14,037 nt of DNA from Cyanobacteria bacterium P01_A01_bin.123 (GTDB taxonomy: Bacteria; Cyanobacteriota; Cyanobacteriia; Phormidesmidales; Phormidesmidaceae). Positions 1 to 8,982 of the stretch are shown here, piece by piece. The notes below the pieces were generated by a model, which was not told the DNA's origin, ran no database searches, and saw only the letters and a program-made list of their open reading frames with translations. Position numbers and translations under genes: made by a program. The number at the start of each line of letters is the position of its first letter. Within the stretch, counting starts at the first letter, position 1. The stretch lies in assembly GCA_039815185.1 (NCBI GenBank), contig JBCBZT010000098.1:1-14037 (forward strand), read 5' to 3'.

Positions 1-42
1 CTTCGGGACTGGGATTGGCGAAGATCTGCTGCTGCTGCTCAT
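1..42 (-). CDS. Possible 5' end of a gene running off the left edge (MSSSSRSSPIPVPK...)
   Basis: Minus-strand ATG at 42, preceded 9 nt upstream by GGAGG. The frame is open to the window edge and divergent from the gene at 248. Only 14 codons are visible. Confidence 0.3.
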   Translation of the reverse strand, partial: MSSSSRSSPIPVPK

Positions 43-247
43 TGGTCCGTCCCTCCGCGTGCGCTTTCCACAGGGATTCGCCGGCCGGAAACTTGTAGGC
101 GCGCCCCGACGAAGGAAAAACTGTGGACTGGATGGGGACGCGGTTTCATTCAGCTTCAGGTCCCAAATTTTGCCACTTTATCGTCTCTTGTCCGTTCATC
201 TATCGTTTATCGCAGTATCTTGAGTCAGGAAGTGTTGATTCTCCCCT

Positions 248-2152
248 ATGAATACCCGTGTTGGTCGCTTTGTTGTTGATGCACCCAATCGCCCTAATAG
301 CCCTTTGGCTTATCGTTTTTTTTCTTGGGTGCGTGCCTCAATCCCATCTACCCCGAGAATTCGATTTTGGCAGTGGATGCAGCTAGGTCTGGGCATTGGG
401 TTGCTGCACAGTGGATTAGCGGCACGCCCCGCGTTTTCGGCAGAGAACCTGCATGTTAGTTTTGGTCTGATCGAGCGGGTTGTCTCTATTGAAGATTTAG
501 AGAATTTTGCTCTCACGGGAGAAATTTCTGAAGAGTTAGAACCCTATGCTCAATCTTTGTCGGCAGAACAACTCGAGCAAATTCGATCGTTGCTGACCCA
601 AGAAGCCGATATTTCTGCTATCGCAGCGTCCCAGTTTCTTTATACCGCTCAGGGCAAGTACATTCTCAAGCAATTGGGTCAAGTGGTGCAAACCCCAGCC
701 AGACTGTCTGGCTTATTGGGATTACGAGCATCTTTAGTGTTGGCAGCGGCAGATCAAGAACAGGGGTTGACCATCATCAATGTGCTCAAGTTTTTCCCGA
801 CTTCGGGAGTCCGGATTGATCTGGCTCGGGGGCTAGCCGTTGCCGATGGTCTTAACCAAGCCGTGAATCAGGCAGAAGATACGGTTGCCTTGGTGCGACA
901 GACGGCAGCTCAGGAAGCAGCTCAGCAACGCCAAGCGGCTGCGATCGCAGATATGTCTGGCAGTCAGTCTGGCAATCAACCTAACGCTGATGCCCCGACG
1001 CCCCCCTTCCCCGATCTGAGTACCCTACCCGCCTCGATTTTGAACAATGGCCCCTACGGCTCTGATCGCACCACACTGAGCTTGACAGGGGTTGATCGCC
1101 CGGTCGACTTCTATGTGCCTCAGCGATTAGCTGAGGTCGTTGCTACCCGCAATCAACCCATACCGGTCATCTTGATTTCCCATGGTTTGGGCAGCGATCG
1201 CACGTCCTATGCCTACTTAGCACGCTATCTGGCATCCCATGGGTTTGCCGTCGCGTCTTTAGAGCATAGCGGCAGCAGTGCCGCACAACTCAACGCGTTG
1301 ATCGAGGGCATTAGCAACCAATTAGTCTCAACCAACGAGTTTGTTCGGCGTCCTCTATTTGCCACTGCAACCCTCGATGCCTTAGAACAATACCTCCAGG
1401 GACAACCCAATTTACGGGGGCAGATTGATGTCAATAATGTTGGTGTGGTGGGCCAATCTTACGGAGGGTATACGGCCTTAGCCTTGGCGGGGACAACTTT
1501 TAACCTCGAATCATTGGGCAGAAATTGTCCGCCCGATTTACTGAGGACTTTTAATCTATCATTGCTCTTACAGTGCCAAATTATTGAAGCTTCAGAACGC
1601 GAAGAAGAAAACAGCGTTGCCCCTGAATTGCTTCAAGCTAGGATTGACCGCAATAGTCTGGCTGATGCCAGGATTCGCGCGGTGCTCGCTGTTAATCCCA
1701 TTGGCAGCGTCATTTTTGGCCCATCAGGATACGGTGCGATCGATGTACCGACCATGGTTGTGGCGGGTACCGCTGATACAGTTGCCCCCGCCTTGCCAGA
1801 GCAAATTTTGCCCTTTACCTGGCTAACCATGCCCGAGCGCTATCTGGTGTTGATCAACAACGGCACTCATTTTTCCACCATTGGCATCTCAGAAACAGGT
1901 AGCGAAGCATTACCCGTCCCCCCTGAAGTAATCGGCCCCGACCCTGAATTGGCCCAAGCTTATTTAGAGGTTCTCAGCGTGCCTTTCTTTGCCACCCACT
2001 TACTGGATGACGAACGGTATCGCCCCTTTTTGACCGCCGCCTTTGCTGAAAACATTAGCCAAGATCCCTTACCGTTAAATTTAGTGCAGTCTTTAGCTGG
2101 CGATATTCCGACTTCTGTCGAATACAATACTGTCTCACCGGAAGCCCCTTAG
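248..2152 (+). CDS. Alpha/beta hydrolase with N-terminal DUF1400 domain (cyanobacterial predicted dienelactone hydrolase-like, COG4188-type)
   Basis: Signal-like segment ending PAFSAE, then a DUF1400-like region (FGLIERVVSIEDLENFALTG). Hydrolase motifs: ISHGLG, nucleophile GQSYGG, DTVAP (Asp), THFS (His). The true start may be the ATG at 377. Confidence 0.88.
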   Translation: MNTRVGRFVVDAPNRPNSPLAYRFFSWVRASIPSTPRIRFWQWMQLGLGIGLLHSGLAARPAFSAENLHVSFGLIERVVSIEDLENFALTGEISEELEPYAQSLSAEQLEQIRSLLTQEADISAIAASQFLYTAQGKYILKQLGQVVQTPARLSGLLGLRASLVLAAADQEQGLTIINVLKFFPTSGVRIDLARGLAVADGLNQAVNQAEDTVALVRQTAAQEAAQQRQAAAIADMSGSQSGNQPNADAPTPPFPDLSTLPASILNNGPYGSDRTTLSLTGVDRPVDFYVPQRLAEVVATRNQPIPVILISHGLGSDRTSYAYLARYLASHGFAVASLEHSGSSAAQLNALIEGISNQLVSTNEFVRRPLFATATLDALEQYLQGQPNLRGQIDVNNVGVVGQSYGGYTALALAGTTFNLESLGRNCPPDLLRTFNLSLLLQCQIIEASEREEENSVAPELLQARIDRNSLADARIRAVLAVNPIGSVIFGPSGYGAIDVPTMVVAGTADTVAPALPEQILPFTWLTMPERYLVLINNGTHFSTIGISETGSEALPVPPEVIGPDPELAQAYLEVLSVPFFATHLLDDERYRPFLTAAFAENISQDPLPLNLVQSLAGDIPTSVEYNTVSPEAP

Positions 2153-2160
2153 AAATAGCA

Positions 2161-3081
2161 TTGCTAGACGGATTTCTCAATCTCAATAAACCCCCAGGCT
2201 TTACCTCCCACGATTGTGTCGCCAAGCTGCGGCGGCTACTGGGGATCAAAAAAATTGGTCATGCTGGCACCCTAGATCCAGCAGCAACTGGGGTTTTACC
2301 CGTCGCGATCGGGCGGGCTACTCGCCTGATTCAATACCTTGAGTCTGACAAAGCCTACCAAGCCGTGATTCGCTTTGGCCTGGTGACGACCACTGATGAT
2401 TTAGAAGGGGAGATTTGCCAACAAGCCCCAACAGATCATCTCAGCCTGGAGATGATTCAACCTCATTTACCGAGCTTTGTCGGTACCCTTGCGCAAATCC
2501 CACCGCGTTACAGTGCCATTCAAGTCCAAGGAAAACGTCTGTATGATCTAGCCCGTAGGGGCGAAACAGTCGACATACCCCGTCGTACCGTGATGGTTTA
2601 CGCCCTGGATGTGCTGGATTGGTACCCTGGCAATCCGGCTGAACTAAGGCTGGCGATCGCCTGTGGTAGCGGCACCTATATTCGATCGATCGCCCGCGAT
2701 TTGGGGCAGGTTGTCGGCACCGGGGGCACCCTGGCCCACCTGACGCGCACCCGCAGTAGTGGATTTGATTTGGACGACAGCCTCAGTTTTGACGCGCTCA
2801 CAACCCAAATCGAAACAGGTGACTTCAACCCTATCTCGCCGACAGTTGCCCTCAGCCATCTGCCCCAGCTGACCCTGACCTTGGATCAAGCCAACCGCTG
2901 GCGCAACGGTCAAAAGATTCCCCTTGAAGATCACCTATCTCTGGGTTTGCCGCTGGCACAACCGCTGCGGGCTGCGGCTCCAGAACAACCGTTTATTGGT
3001 ATTGCCATGCTGAGGGCTGGGGAACCCGGTGCGACTTGTCAGGTCGTGGTGCCAAAGCTAGTCTTTCATCCAGAGGGATGA
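2161..3081 (+). CDS. truB: tRNA pseudouridine(55) synthase TruB
   Basis: NKPPGFTSHD, GHAGTLDP (catalytic Asp), PPRYSAIQVQGKRLY and GTYIRSIARDLG. TTG start 8 nt after the upstream stop. Confidence 0.97.
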   Translation: MLDGFLNLNKPPGFTSHDCVAKLRRLLGIKKIGHAGTLDPAATGVLPVAIGRATRLIQYLESDKAYQAVIRFGLVTTTDDLEGEICQQAPTDHLSLEMIQPHLPSFVGTLAQIPPRYSAIQVQGKRLYDLARRGETVDIPRRTVMVYALDVLDWYPGNPAELRLAIACGSGTYIRSIARDLGQVVGTGGTLAHLTRTRSSGFDLDDSLSFDALTTQIETGDFNPISPTVALSHLPQLTLTLDQANRWRNGQKIPLEDHLSLGLPLAQPLRAAAPEQPFIGIAMLRAGEPGATCQVVVPKLVFHPEG

Positions 3082-3101
3082 TATTGGGGGTAGTTTAGGC
3101 T

Positions 3102-3863
3102 ATGAGCATCGATGAGCAATCAAATCTGCTACGCCAGCTCATGCAACGAGTAAATATCGCCAGCTACCGCGGCCTGAGCCGGCAGGCAGGGGTGTCGCAG
3201 TGGCAAATTACCCAGTTGCGCCGGGGAAATCTGGCTCAAATGCGGCTTGAACCGCTATTGCAAATTAGCCAAACCCTCAGCGTTTCCCTCGAACAGTTGA
3301 TAGCAGCCCTAGCCCCCAAGGCGGGTAATAATATCGCGTTGATTTCCCAAGACGCTCCACCTGCAAATCTGGGGACCATTAGCCAGCCTTTGCCCAACTC
3401 CGAGGACATGGCATCCAACCGAGAAGCGGTGCAGTCAACTACTCATGACTCAGATCTCCGCGCCAAAGACGCCCGCATTGAAGCGTTGACGCAGGAATAT
3501 ACGCGGTTGCAAACCCGATATCAGCAGCAGCAGGCCACGTTAGAAGCAAAATTTCGCATGGATAGTCTGCAACAGTTGGAATCGTGGCTCACCTACTGGC
3601 CCACAGCAACCCATGCTGTGCAGCAGGGACAAGCAACTGTCTCCCCCGAAAATTTGATTCGACTGGTGCGTCCGGTGGAGCTCCTGATAGCCGCTTGGGG
3701 TGTACAGCCCATTGGCACGGTAGGGGAAACAGTTGCGTTTGATCCCCAGCTACACCAGCTTGTCGGGGGTACGGTTCAACCAGGGGATGAGGTTCGCATT
3801 AAAACCGTTGGCTACTGGCGGGAGGACAAGCTGCTCTTTCGCGCCAAGTGCGTATTGTTGTGA
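3102..3863 (+). CDS. XRE/Cro-type HTH protein with coiled coil and C-terminal GrpE-like beta domain
   Basis: N-terminal HTH-like segment (SYRGLSRQAGVSQWQITQLRRG), central coiled coil (IEALTQEYTRLQTRYQQQQ), and a GrpE-head-like C-terminus (VGETVAFDPQLHQ...VGY...LLFRAKC). Confidence 0.75.
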   Translation: MSIDEQSNLLRQLMQRVNIASYRGLSRQAGVSQWQITQLRRGNLAQMRLEPLLQISQTLSVSLEQLIAALAPKAGNNIALISQDAPPANLGTISQPLPNSEDMASNREAVQSTTHDSDLRAKDARIEALTQEYTRLQTRYQQQQATLEAKFRMDSLQQLESWLTYWPTATHAVQQGQATVSPENLIRLVRPVELLIAAWGVQPIGTVGETVAFDPQLHQLVGGTVQPGDEVRIKTVGYWREDKLLFRAKCVLL

Positions 3864-3931
3864 GGGAGGAGGGCTTCAAGGGTAAGCTTGTAGGGTCAGC
3901 AGCAGCGAGGCGAATCGCGTCCATCCTGGGT

Positions 3932-3952
3932 CAAAATCCAAAATCCAAAATT
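3932..3952. repeat. Heptamer tandem repeat (CAAAATC)2-CAAAATT, cyanobacterial STRR-like
   Basis: Units at 3932, 3939 and 3946, directly next to the CapA stop codon in a convergent intergenic gap. Confidence 0.7.
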
Positions 3953-3954
3953 CC

Positions 3955-5583
3955 TTATTGGGCGGTGAAACTGTCGTGGAGGATATAGCCCATGTCGTCG
4001 ATGATTAGAGGGGTTTGGGGAAAGTTTGATTGAGTCAGGTTGCGCACGAGAATGACGCTTTGAAAGTAGTCGTCTAGATAGGGCACGCCATTCGGATCGA
4101 GGGCCACTGGAATGACCCGTCCGCTGACAAAATTTCCCTCTGGATCAAGCCCTGCCTGCAAAATCATAGAGTTTCCCAGAGAGCCCTCCGTGGAGAGAGT
4201 TTCGTGACCCAAAAAGTTCCCCAGGGAGTAGGCCACTAGCTTACCTTTGTAGAGTTCTATGGCACGGGGAACGTGGGGGCCATGACCTAGCACTAAGTCT
4301 GCACCGTAATCGATCACCGCCCGGGAAAACTGCACTAGATTACCGCGATTTTCTGAGTAAAAATATTCTGTGCGATCGCGGATGTTAAGCGCATCAGTCC
4401 CTTCTGCTCCCGCGTGGACGGAAATCACCACGATGTCGGCTTGCTGATCCGCTTCTTCAATCAGTGATTGGGCGGCGGGCAAGTCATGCATTGAGTTGTG
4501 ATGGTCGAAATAGCTAAACGCAATAAATGCGGTGCGGAGCCCTTTTTCGTCTACATAGACAATTTGCCCTTTTCTACCCACGGCTTTCATGCCTGCGTTT
4601 TCGATATTAGCAATGGTGTCGTTAAAGCCTGGTTCGCCAAAGTCAAAAGAATGATTGTTGGCTACGCTGAGCACATCAAACCCGGCACTGGTGAGGACAT
4701 CAGCGTAGGCAGGCGGCGTCCGAAAGGCAAAGGTCATGCCCCGACTAATGTCTTTGGCGCTATTGGGAAAGTCGGTTAGAGTACTTTCAAAGTTGCCAAA
4801 AAGAATGTCTGCTTCTTTGACTAAAAAGGGTTTAATACTGTTGAACAAATAGTTGGGGTCCCCTGGTAATCGCCAATTGGGATAGTCAGTACCGGGGATG
4901 ATGTCGCCCACAGCTTTGATGGTGATGGCAGGGTTGACTTCGGTAAGGGCTAAGGCCGGAGCTTCGGGGTCGGGTACCGTTTGGGGCGTGGCCTGCGTTG
5001 CATTAGGCGAGTCTTGATTATTTCTTTGAGCAAATAAGCGGGGTAGGCCCCCTCGCTGGATCATGGCAAACCCAAGCACGCTGACTAAACTCAGCGCAAA
5101 GGCGACTAGGGCCACTAGCCCCGATTGTTTGAAACTGGGATAAGGGCGGGGAGCTGGGTCTAGGGTTGGCAGCGTTGTGGGCGCGATTGCAGCCGCAGTC
5201 ATGTCTATGGGGTCTGCTAGAGTCAGGTCTTTCAGTTTCAGCAGGTTCTCATCAAGGGGCCATTGACGTTGCCAATTTGCCAGGGGGTCTCCTTGGCGTT
5301 GCCCTTCAATTTGAAGGGTGTGAATGGGGGTTACGCCCAAGCACAACACTGCCGCATAGATTTTGTGGGCATAGCGCTGTGGATCAGGCACATAGGGGGC
5401 CTCAAGCAGAACTCGAATGCCGCTTTGCGTACCTTGATCATCGTCACAGTCAATCTCATGATCAACACTAACGGCGATATCGGCGTCAAAGATTACGAAC
5501 TGCTGAATTAATTGCGCGATCGCTTGGACATTTCCCTGACGAGCCAATGCCACTAAGTTCGACCAATCTGCCATGCTGCTCAC
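3955..5583 (-). CDS. CapA-family (PGA_cap, metallophosphoesterase fold) membrane-anchored protein with an extra N-terminal domain
   Basis: Motifs VGDII, GNFES, ANNHSFD, VHAG, GHGPHV and YSLGNF. One TM helix (GLVALVAFALSLVSVLGFAMI). Start is GTG 5583 or ATG 5574. Confidence 0.88.
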   Translation of the reverse strand: MSSMADWSNLVALARQGNVQAIAQLIQQFVIFDADIAVSVDHEIDCDDDQGTQSGIRVLLEAPYVPDPQRYAHKIYAAVLCLGVTPIHTLQIEGQRQGDPLANWQRQWPLDENLLKLKDLTLADPIDMTAAAIAPTTLPTLDPAPRPYPSFKQSGLVALVAFALSLVSVLGFAMIQRGGLPRLFAQRNNQDSPNATQATPQTVPDPEAPALALTEVNPAITIKAVGDIIPGTDYPNWRLPGDPNYLFNSIKPFLVKEADILFGNFESTLTDFPNSAKDISRGMTFAFRTPPAYADVLTSAGFDVLSVANNHSFDFGEPGFNDTIANIENAGMKAVGRKGQIVYVDEKGLRTAFIAFSYFDHHNSMHDLPAAQSLIEEADQQADIVVISVHAGAEGTDALNIRDRTEYFYSENRGNLVQFSRAVIDYGADLVLGHGPHVPRAIELYKGKLVAYSLGNFLGHETLSTEGSLGNSMILQAGLDPEGNFVSGRVIPVALDPNGVPYLDDYFQSVILVRNLTQSNFPQTPLIIDDMGYILHDSFTAQ

Positions 5584-5736
5584 ACCTCACCCTTAACGTG
5601 GCCATTACAACTGCCACAATCCTTTAGTTTGGGCACTGGCTCCTAATCATACTGAAATGAAGCCAAAATGCGATCGCATCCTCTAAACCCCAACCGATTT
5701 GAACCCTTGATGAGGGGGGCTACCGATTGTCTAAGT

Positions 5737-6540
5737 TTATAATTCAGGGTCAATTTCAACCCCGTCCCCCAGCCGGATTGTCCCCTCGGTCAGCGGAATC
5801 AGGTTTTGACCAAACCAAATTTTGCCGTCCCAGGCACGATAGGTCGCCAGCGTTTTGAGTGGCTCTGGCCCGCGTTGCCCAGTATGTTGATCAACGGTGG
5901 GGATGGTGCAACGAGAGCAGGGTTTGGCTACCCGGAAGGGAACAGTGCCGATGCGGATAATCTGCCAACTATCTTCAGCAAAGGCCTTGCAACCGCTGAC
6001 CACTAAGTTGGGGCGAAAGCGATTCATCAAAATCGGGGTGTCCAACCGCTGGTTGAGATCTTGCAGAGAGGCTTCTGAAATCAGCAGGTAGGGATAGGCA
6101 TCGGCAAAGCTGACCCCACGGTCGCCTTCAAATTTGCCGTGATCGACTGGGCGATGGGTGGTCTCTGGCATATAGACCAACTGACAAGGGGTTGACAGAA
6201 AATGGGTCAGCCAATCAGCGGCAGCCTTACCTGCGGTTTGCGCCAAGCAGCGATCGCCCCAAACATCCACATCCGTAGTTTCGGCGTCAGCATTGGGTTG
6301 AGTCACTAATAAGCTGGATTGTCCCGGTGCATTCAGGTGGAGCTGATGATCGGCGTACGCCACCTGAATCAATGCCAGTTTAGGTAGCGTACGCTGGGTC
6401 AGAAATTTGCCCCCATCATCTACGACCATCCAGCGTCGATCATGGTCTAACCCACGAAAACCCACTTCAGCCTCAGTCAGTTCAATTCCCTTAGCCGACT
6501 TGACTGGAAAGATGGTTAGCCCAGTTAACTGCACTGACAT
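5737..6540 (-). CDS. MOSC domain protein (MOSC_N + MOSC; YcbX/mARC-like molybdoenzyme)
   Basis: IFPVKSAKG, DRRWMVVD, FADAYP, RFRPNLVV, conserved PCSRC Cys, FGQN. Confidence 0.92.
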   Translation of the reverse strand: MSVQLTGLTIFPVKSAKGIELTEAEVGFRGLDHDRRWMVVDDGGKFLTQRTLPKLALIQVAYADHQLHLNAPGQSSLLVTQPNADAETTDVDVWGDRCLAQTAGKAAADWLTHFLSTPCQLVYMPETTHRPVDHGKFEGDRGVSFADAYPYLLISEASLQDLNQRLDTPILMNRFRPNLVVSGCKAFAEDSWQIIRIGTVPFRVAKPCSRCTIPTVDQHTGQRGPEPLKTLATYRAWDGKIWFGQNLIPLTEGTIRLGDGVEIDPEL

Positions 6541-6549
6541 CGTGGAAAC

Positions 6550-7629
6550 CTACTGCTGAGATTCCATCACGTAGTCCATATACTTAATGAACCGGGCAAA
6601 ATCTCCAACTGCGATGCAGGCTTGCTTCAAACTCGCGGTCGCCTGCCGGATTAAATTCATATCGCCGATTCGAAAAGCAACCAGCAAAAGTTCCTCTCGG
6701 TATCCCAAGGCTTGTTCATAGTCACCCAGGGCATCGTAGTTAGCGCTCAGATTCTCCAACGTCTGAACCTGACTGCGCTGGTCTTGGGTTGCCTGGGCTA
6801 GTTGAAGCCGCTGCTGCAGATAATCAATAGCTTGTTCATATTGCCCCAGGTTGCAGCAAGCCGTACTAATCTGGCGCAGAATTCGATTCGCCATGGTGTT
6901 ATCCATACGCCCTTGGGCCAACTTCAACAGCCGATCATAAGCTTCGATCGTCTTGGAGTGGTTGTTAAGCGCATGGTAGGCGTTGCCTAGGTTCTTAAGA
7001 ATCTGCTGCTCTACGTTAATGTCTTGCAGGCGCTGGGCAATGACTAAACTTTGCTCATAGCAATCGATCGCCTCATCAAGATTTGCCATGTGCTTATGCA
7101 CCATCCCGAGATTGTTAAGCGCCATCATGAGTGCGCGCTTTTTACCCAAAGCTTGAGCAATTTCTACGCTTTGTGTCATGCACATTAGTGCTTTGTCGTA
7201 AGCGTGGAGATGACGATAAGCATTGCCCATATGGTTCAATGCGCGCTGCTGCATCTTGCGATTACTAAGATGCTGGGCTACATCATAGTAGGTTTTAGCA
7301 AAATCAACGGCGCACCAGTAATCAGCCTTGTTGTAGTAAAGGATAAACAAGGTATCAATGACTTTGGCCATGCCCGACAGGTCGCGGATCCGGCGATAGC
7401 CTCGTAATGCTTGCTCAAAGGCAGCGATCGCCAGATCGCTGCGCTTGCTCTCTTTAGCCGTTAGGCCAGTCTGGAAGCTGCGATCTGCCTCCTGTTGCAA
7501 ACGCTCTCGAATAGCCTCAGACGTTGCGGTATTAGTACTTTCCACTATGTCGCTATCAGACGTGAGCCAGGTGTTCGAGCTGTACTCAGGGGCGTCAGGG
7601 GCTACTAGATAGGTCTTTTGCTCATGCAT
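6550..7629 (-). CDS. Tetratricopeptide repeat protein
   Basis: Repeated ~40-aa units (ALNHMGNAYRHL, ALNNLGMVHKHM, ILKNLGNAYHAL, TLENLSANYDALGDY). Stop lies 9 nt before the MOSC start. Confidence 0.88.
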   Translation of the reverse strand: MHEQKTYLVAPDAPEYSSNTWLTSDSDIVESTNTATSEAIRERLQQEADRSFQTGLTAKESKRSDLAIAAFEQALRGYRRIRDLSGMAKVIDTLFILYYNKADYWCAVDFAKTYYDVAQHLSNRKMQQRALNHMGNAYRHLHAYDKALMCMTQSVEIAQALGKKRALMMALNNLGMVHKHMANLDEAIDCYEQSLVIAQRLQDINVEQQILKNLGNAYHALNNHSKTIEAYDRLLKLAQGRMDNTMANRILRQISTACCNLGQYEQAIDYLQQRLQLAQATQDQRSQVQTLENLSANYDALGDYEQALGYREELLLVAFRIGDMNLIRQATASLKQACIAVGDFARFIKYMDYVMESQQ

Positions 7630-7780
7630 GGGTATAGTCGCAGCATGTCGCTGACAGAAGGTCTTTCGCGCAGATACCTTAGTGGGCTCAGGGTTCAGAT
7701 ATGACTTTGATCAACAAATCTGATCAACAGACAACTTGGATAGAAGCACTCAATCATGATAGTCAGAGACCAGCACTCGG

Positions 7781-7824
7781 ATGATATCGCCGTGAACCCT
7801 GTACGTCTAAGTAAGCAGAGATAC
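7781..7824 (-). promoter_or_regulatory. Candidate NtcA box with downstream -10 element
   Basis: GTA-AGCAGAGA-TAC at 7811-7824 matches GTA-N8-TAC. Minus-strand TATCAT (7786-7781) lies 24 nt downstream, pointing to the TPR gene. Confidence 0.35.
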
Positions 7825-8123
7825 GTAATAAAACCAGCATTAAGCTAATGCACAACATTATTCCTCACCTGAACAAATTGCCAGGGCAATATCCATGAGG
7901 CATAACCGTAACTTCATAAAGGTACGATATCTCTTTTATCGTAAATTAAAGCCTTCTCAAAGGAATACCGTATATCTCTAGTCACTTTCAGCACGTAATA
8001 TCCGTAGGCCGATCAAGTACAACATTGAGCCGTTCTAACAGAATAAGACTCAGTTTAGCTGTGAGAAAGTGTGAGCATCCGATCATAAGCGTTGTCATTA
8101 AATCGCTCAATCTCTCTGATTGC

Positions 8124-8151
8124 ATACCATTGCATCCTCACACAATGGTAT
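8124..8151. repeat. Perfect 9-bp inverted repeat (hairpin)
   Basis: ATACCATTG-N10-CAATGGTAT. Confidence 0.55.
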
Positions 8152-8207
8152 AGACGTCCAGAAGTTGGGTTTTGTCGAGTTGGCTGTATCATCCACGCCA
8201 CCCCATT

Positions 8208-8224
8208 AGGGGGTCAGACCCCCT
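8208..8224. repeat. Perfect GC-rich palindrome AGGGGGTC-A-GACCCCCT
   Basis: 8-bp arms around a single A. Confidence 0.6.
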
Positions 8225-8383
8225 GTATTGAAATTTTCGGCGGTATTGGATCGCAACCATTAAGCAATCGCATCATTTTTATGAAGATTAGATGAAGAAC
8301 ACCCCGTTGCTGGAACCAAAATGAATCGTATACATGTACTAATTTTTTATAATGGAAGATATCTAACCATGGCGACTTTATCG

Positions 8384-8962
8384 TTAGCGACTGGTTTCTG
8401 CATGCCTGCGTGTATCTTCATCAATCAGTTGGCGAACAGCGGCGCATAAGGGATGGGTGGACGTATATTGACGTCCATAGGAAAGATTGAAGATGTAGTC
8501 AAAATCAGGCGGGTTCTTACCCTGATTGTGCTGAATGATGGTCTCAATCTTGTCTAGACCCTTAACGGCTAGTGCTTCAGGGGACGACGCGTTCTCATAT
8601 TCGTCCCAGAGCGCCAGAAATTCAATGCGGCGGCGCTCATCAAGCGGTGCCAGCAGCGTGATTAGATCTACGCGCTCTTGCGCAGACTTGTTTTGTCCGG
8701 GCTGCTGCAAAATTGCTGGGATGTCTCCGTTGATGGCTTCGCCAAGGTCGTGAATGATGCAGATCTTCAAAAGTTTGAGAAAATCAACGCCTTCGAGTGC
8801 TCGTTCAAAGACCATCGCCATTAAGCATAACCGCCACGTGTGTTCAGCAGTGCTTTCATGACGCCCACTCGATGTGTGGGCGCAACGGAGTACGTCTTTT
8901 AGCTTCTCTGCTTGCTGAATGAATGTGATGCAGCCCGTCAGCTCTTCAGTCGTCATGTGCAT
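8384..8962 (-). CDS. HD-domain phosphohydrolase (HD_3 / YfbR-HDDC2-like, putative 5'-deoxynucleotidase)
   Basis: LKDVLR, ESTAEHTWR, IIHDLGEAINGDIP, LWDEYE, LDKIETIIQ. Alternative start at ATG 8956. Confidence 0.9.
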   Translation of the reverse strand: MHMTTEELTGCITFIQQAEKLKDVLRCAHTSSGRHESTAEHTWRLCLMAMVFERALEGVDFLKLLKICIIHDLGEAINGDIPAILQQPGQNKSAQERVDLITLLAPLDERRRIEFLALWDEYENASSPEALAVKGLDKIETIIQHNQGKNPPDFDYIFNLSYGRQYTSTHPLCAAVRQLIDEDTRRHAETSR

Positions 8963-8982
8963 GATGCTTGCTCAAATATGAT

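Noticed and set aside
3955..5583. Poly-gamma-glutamate capsule locus
   Set aside because: Only a CapA-like domain is present, without capB/capC; stand-alone CapA-family genes are common.
310..7407. Short ORFs overlapping the hydrolase, truB, HTH-GrpE, CapA, MOSC and TPR genes
   Set aside because: Antisense or off-frame shadows of well-supported genes, with no recognisable motifs.
8092..8295. 67-aa + ORF in the long intergenic region
   Set aside because: TTG start, no clear RBS, unprotein-like composition, and it overlaps the palindromes.
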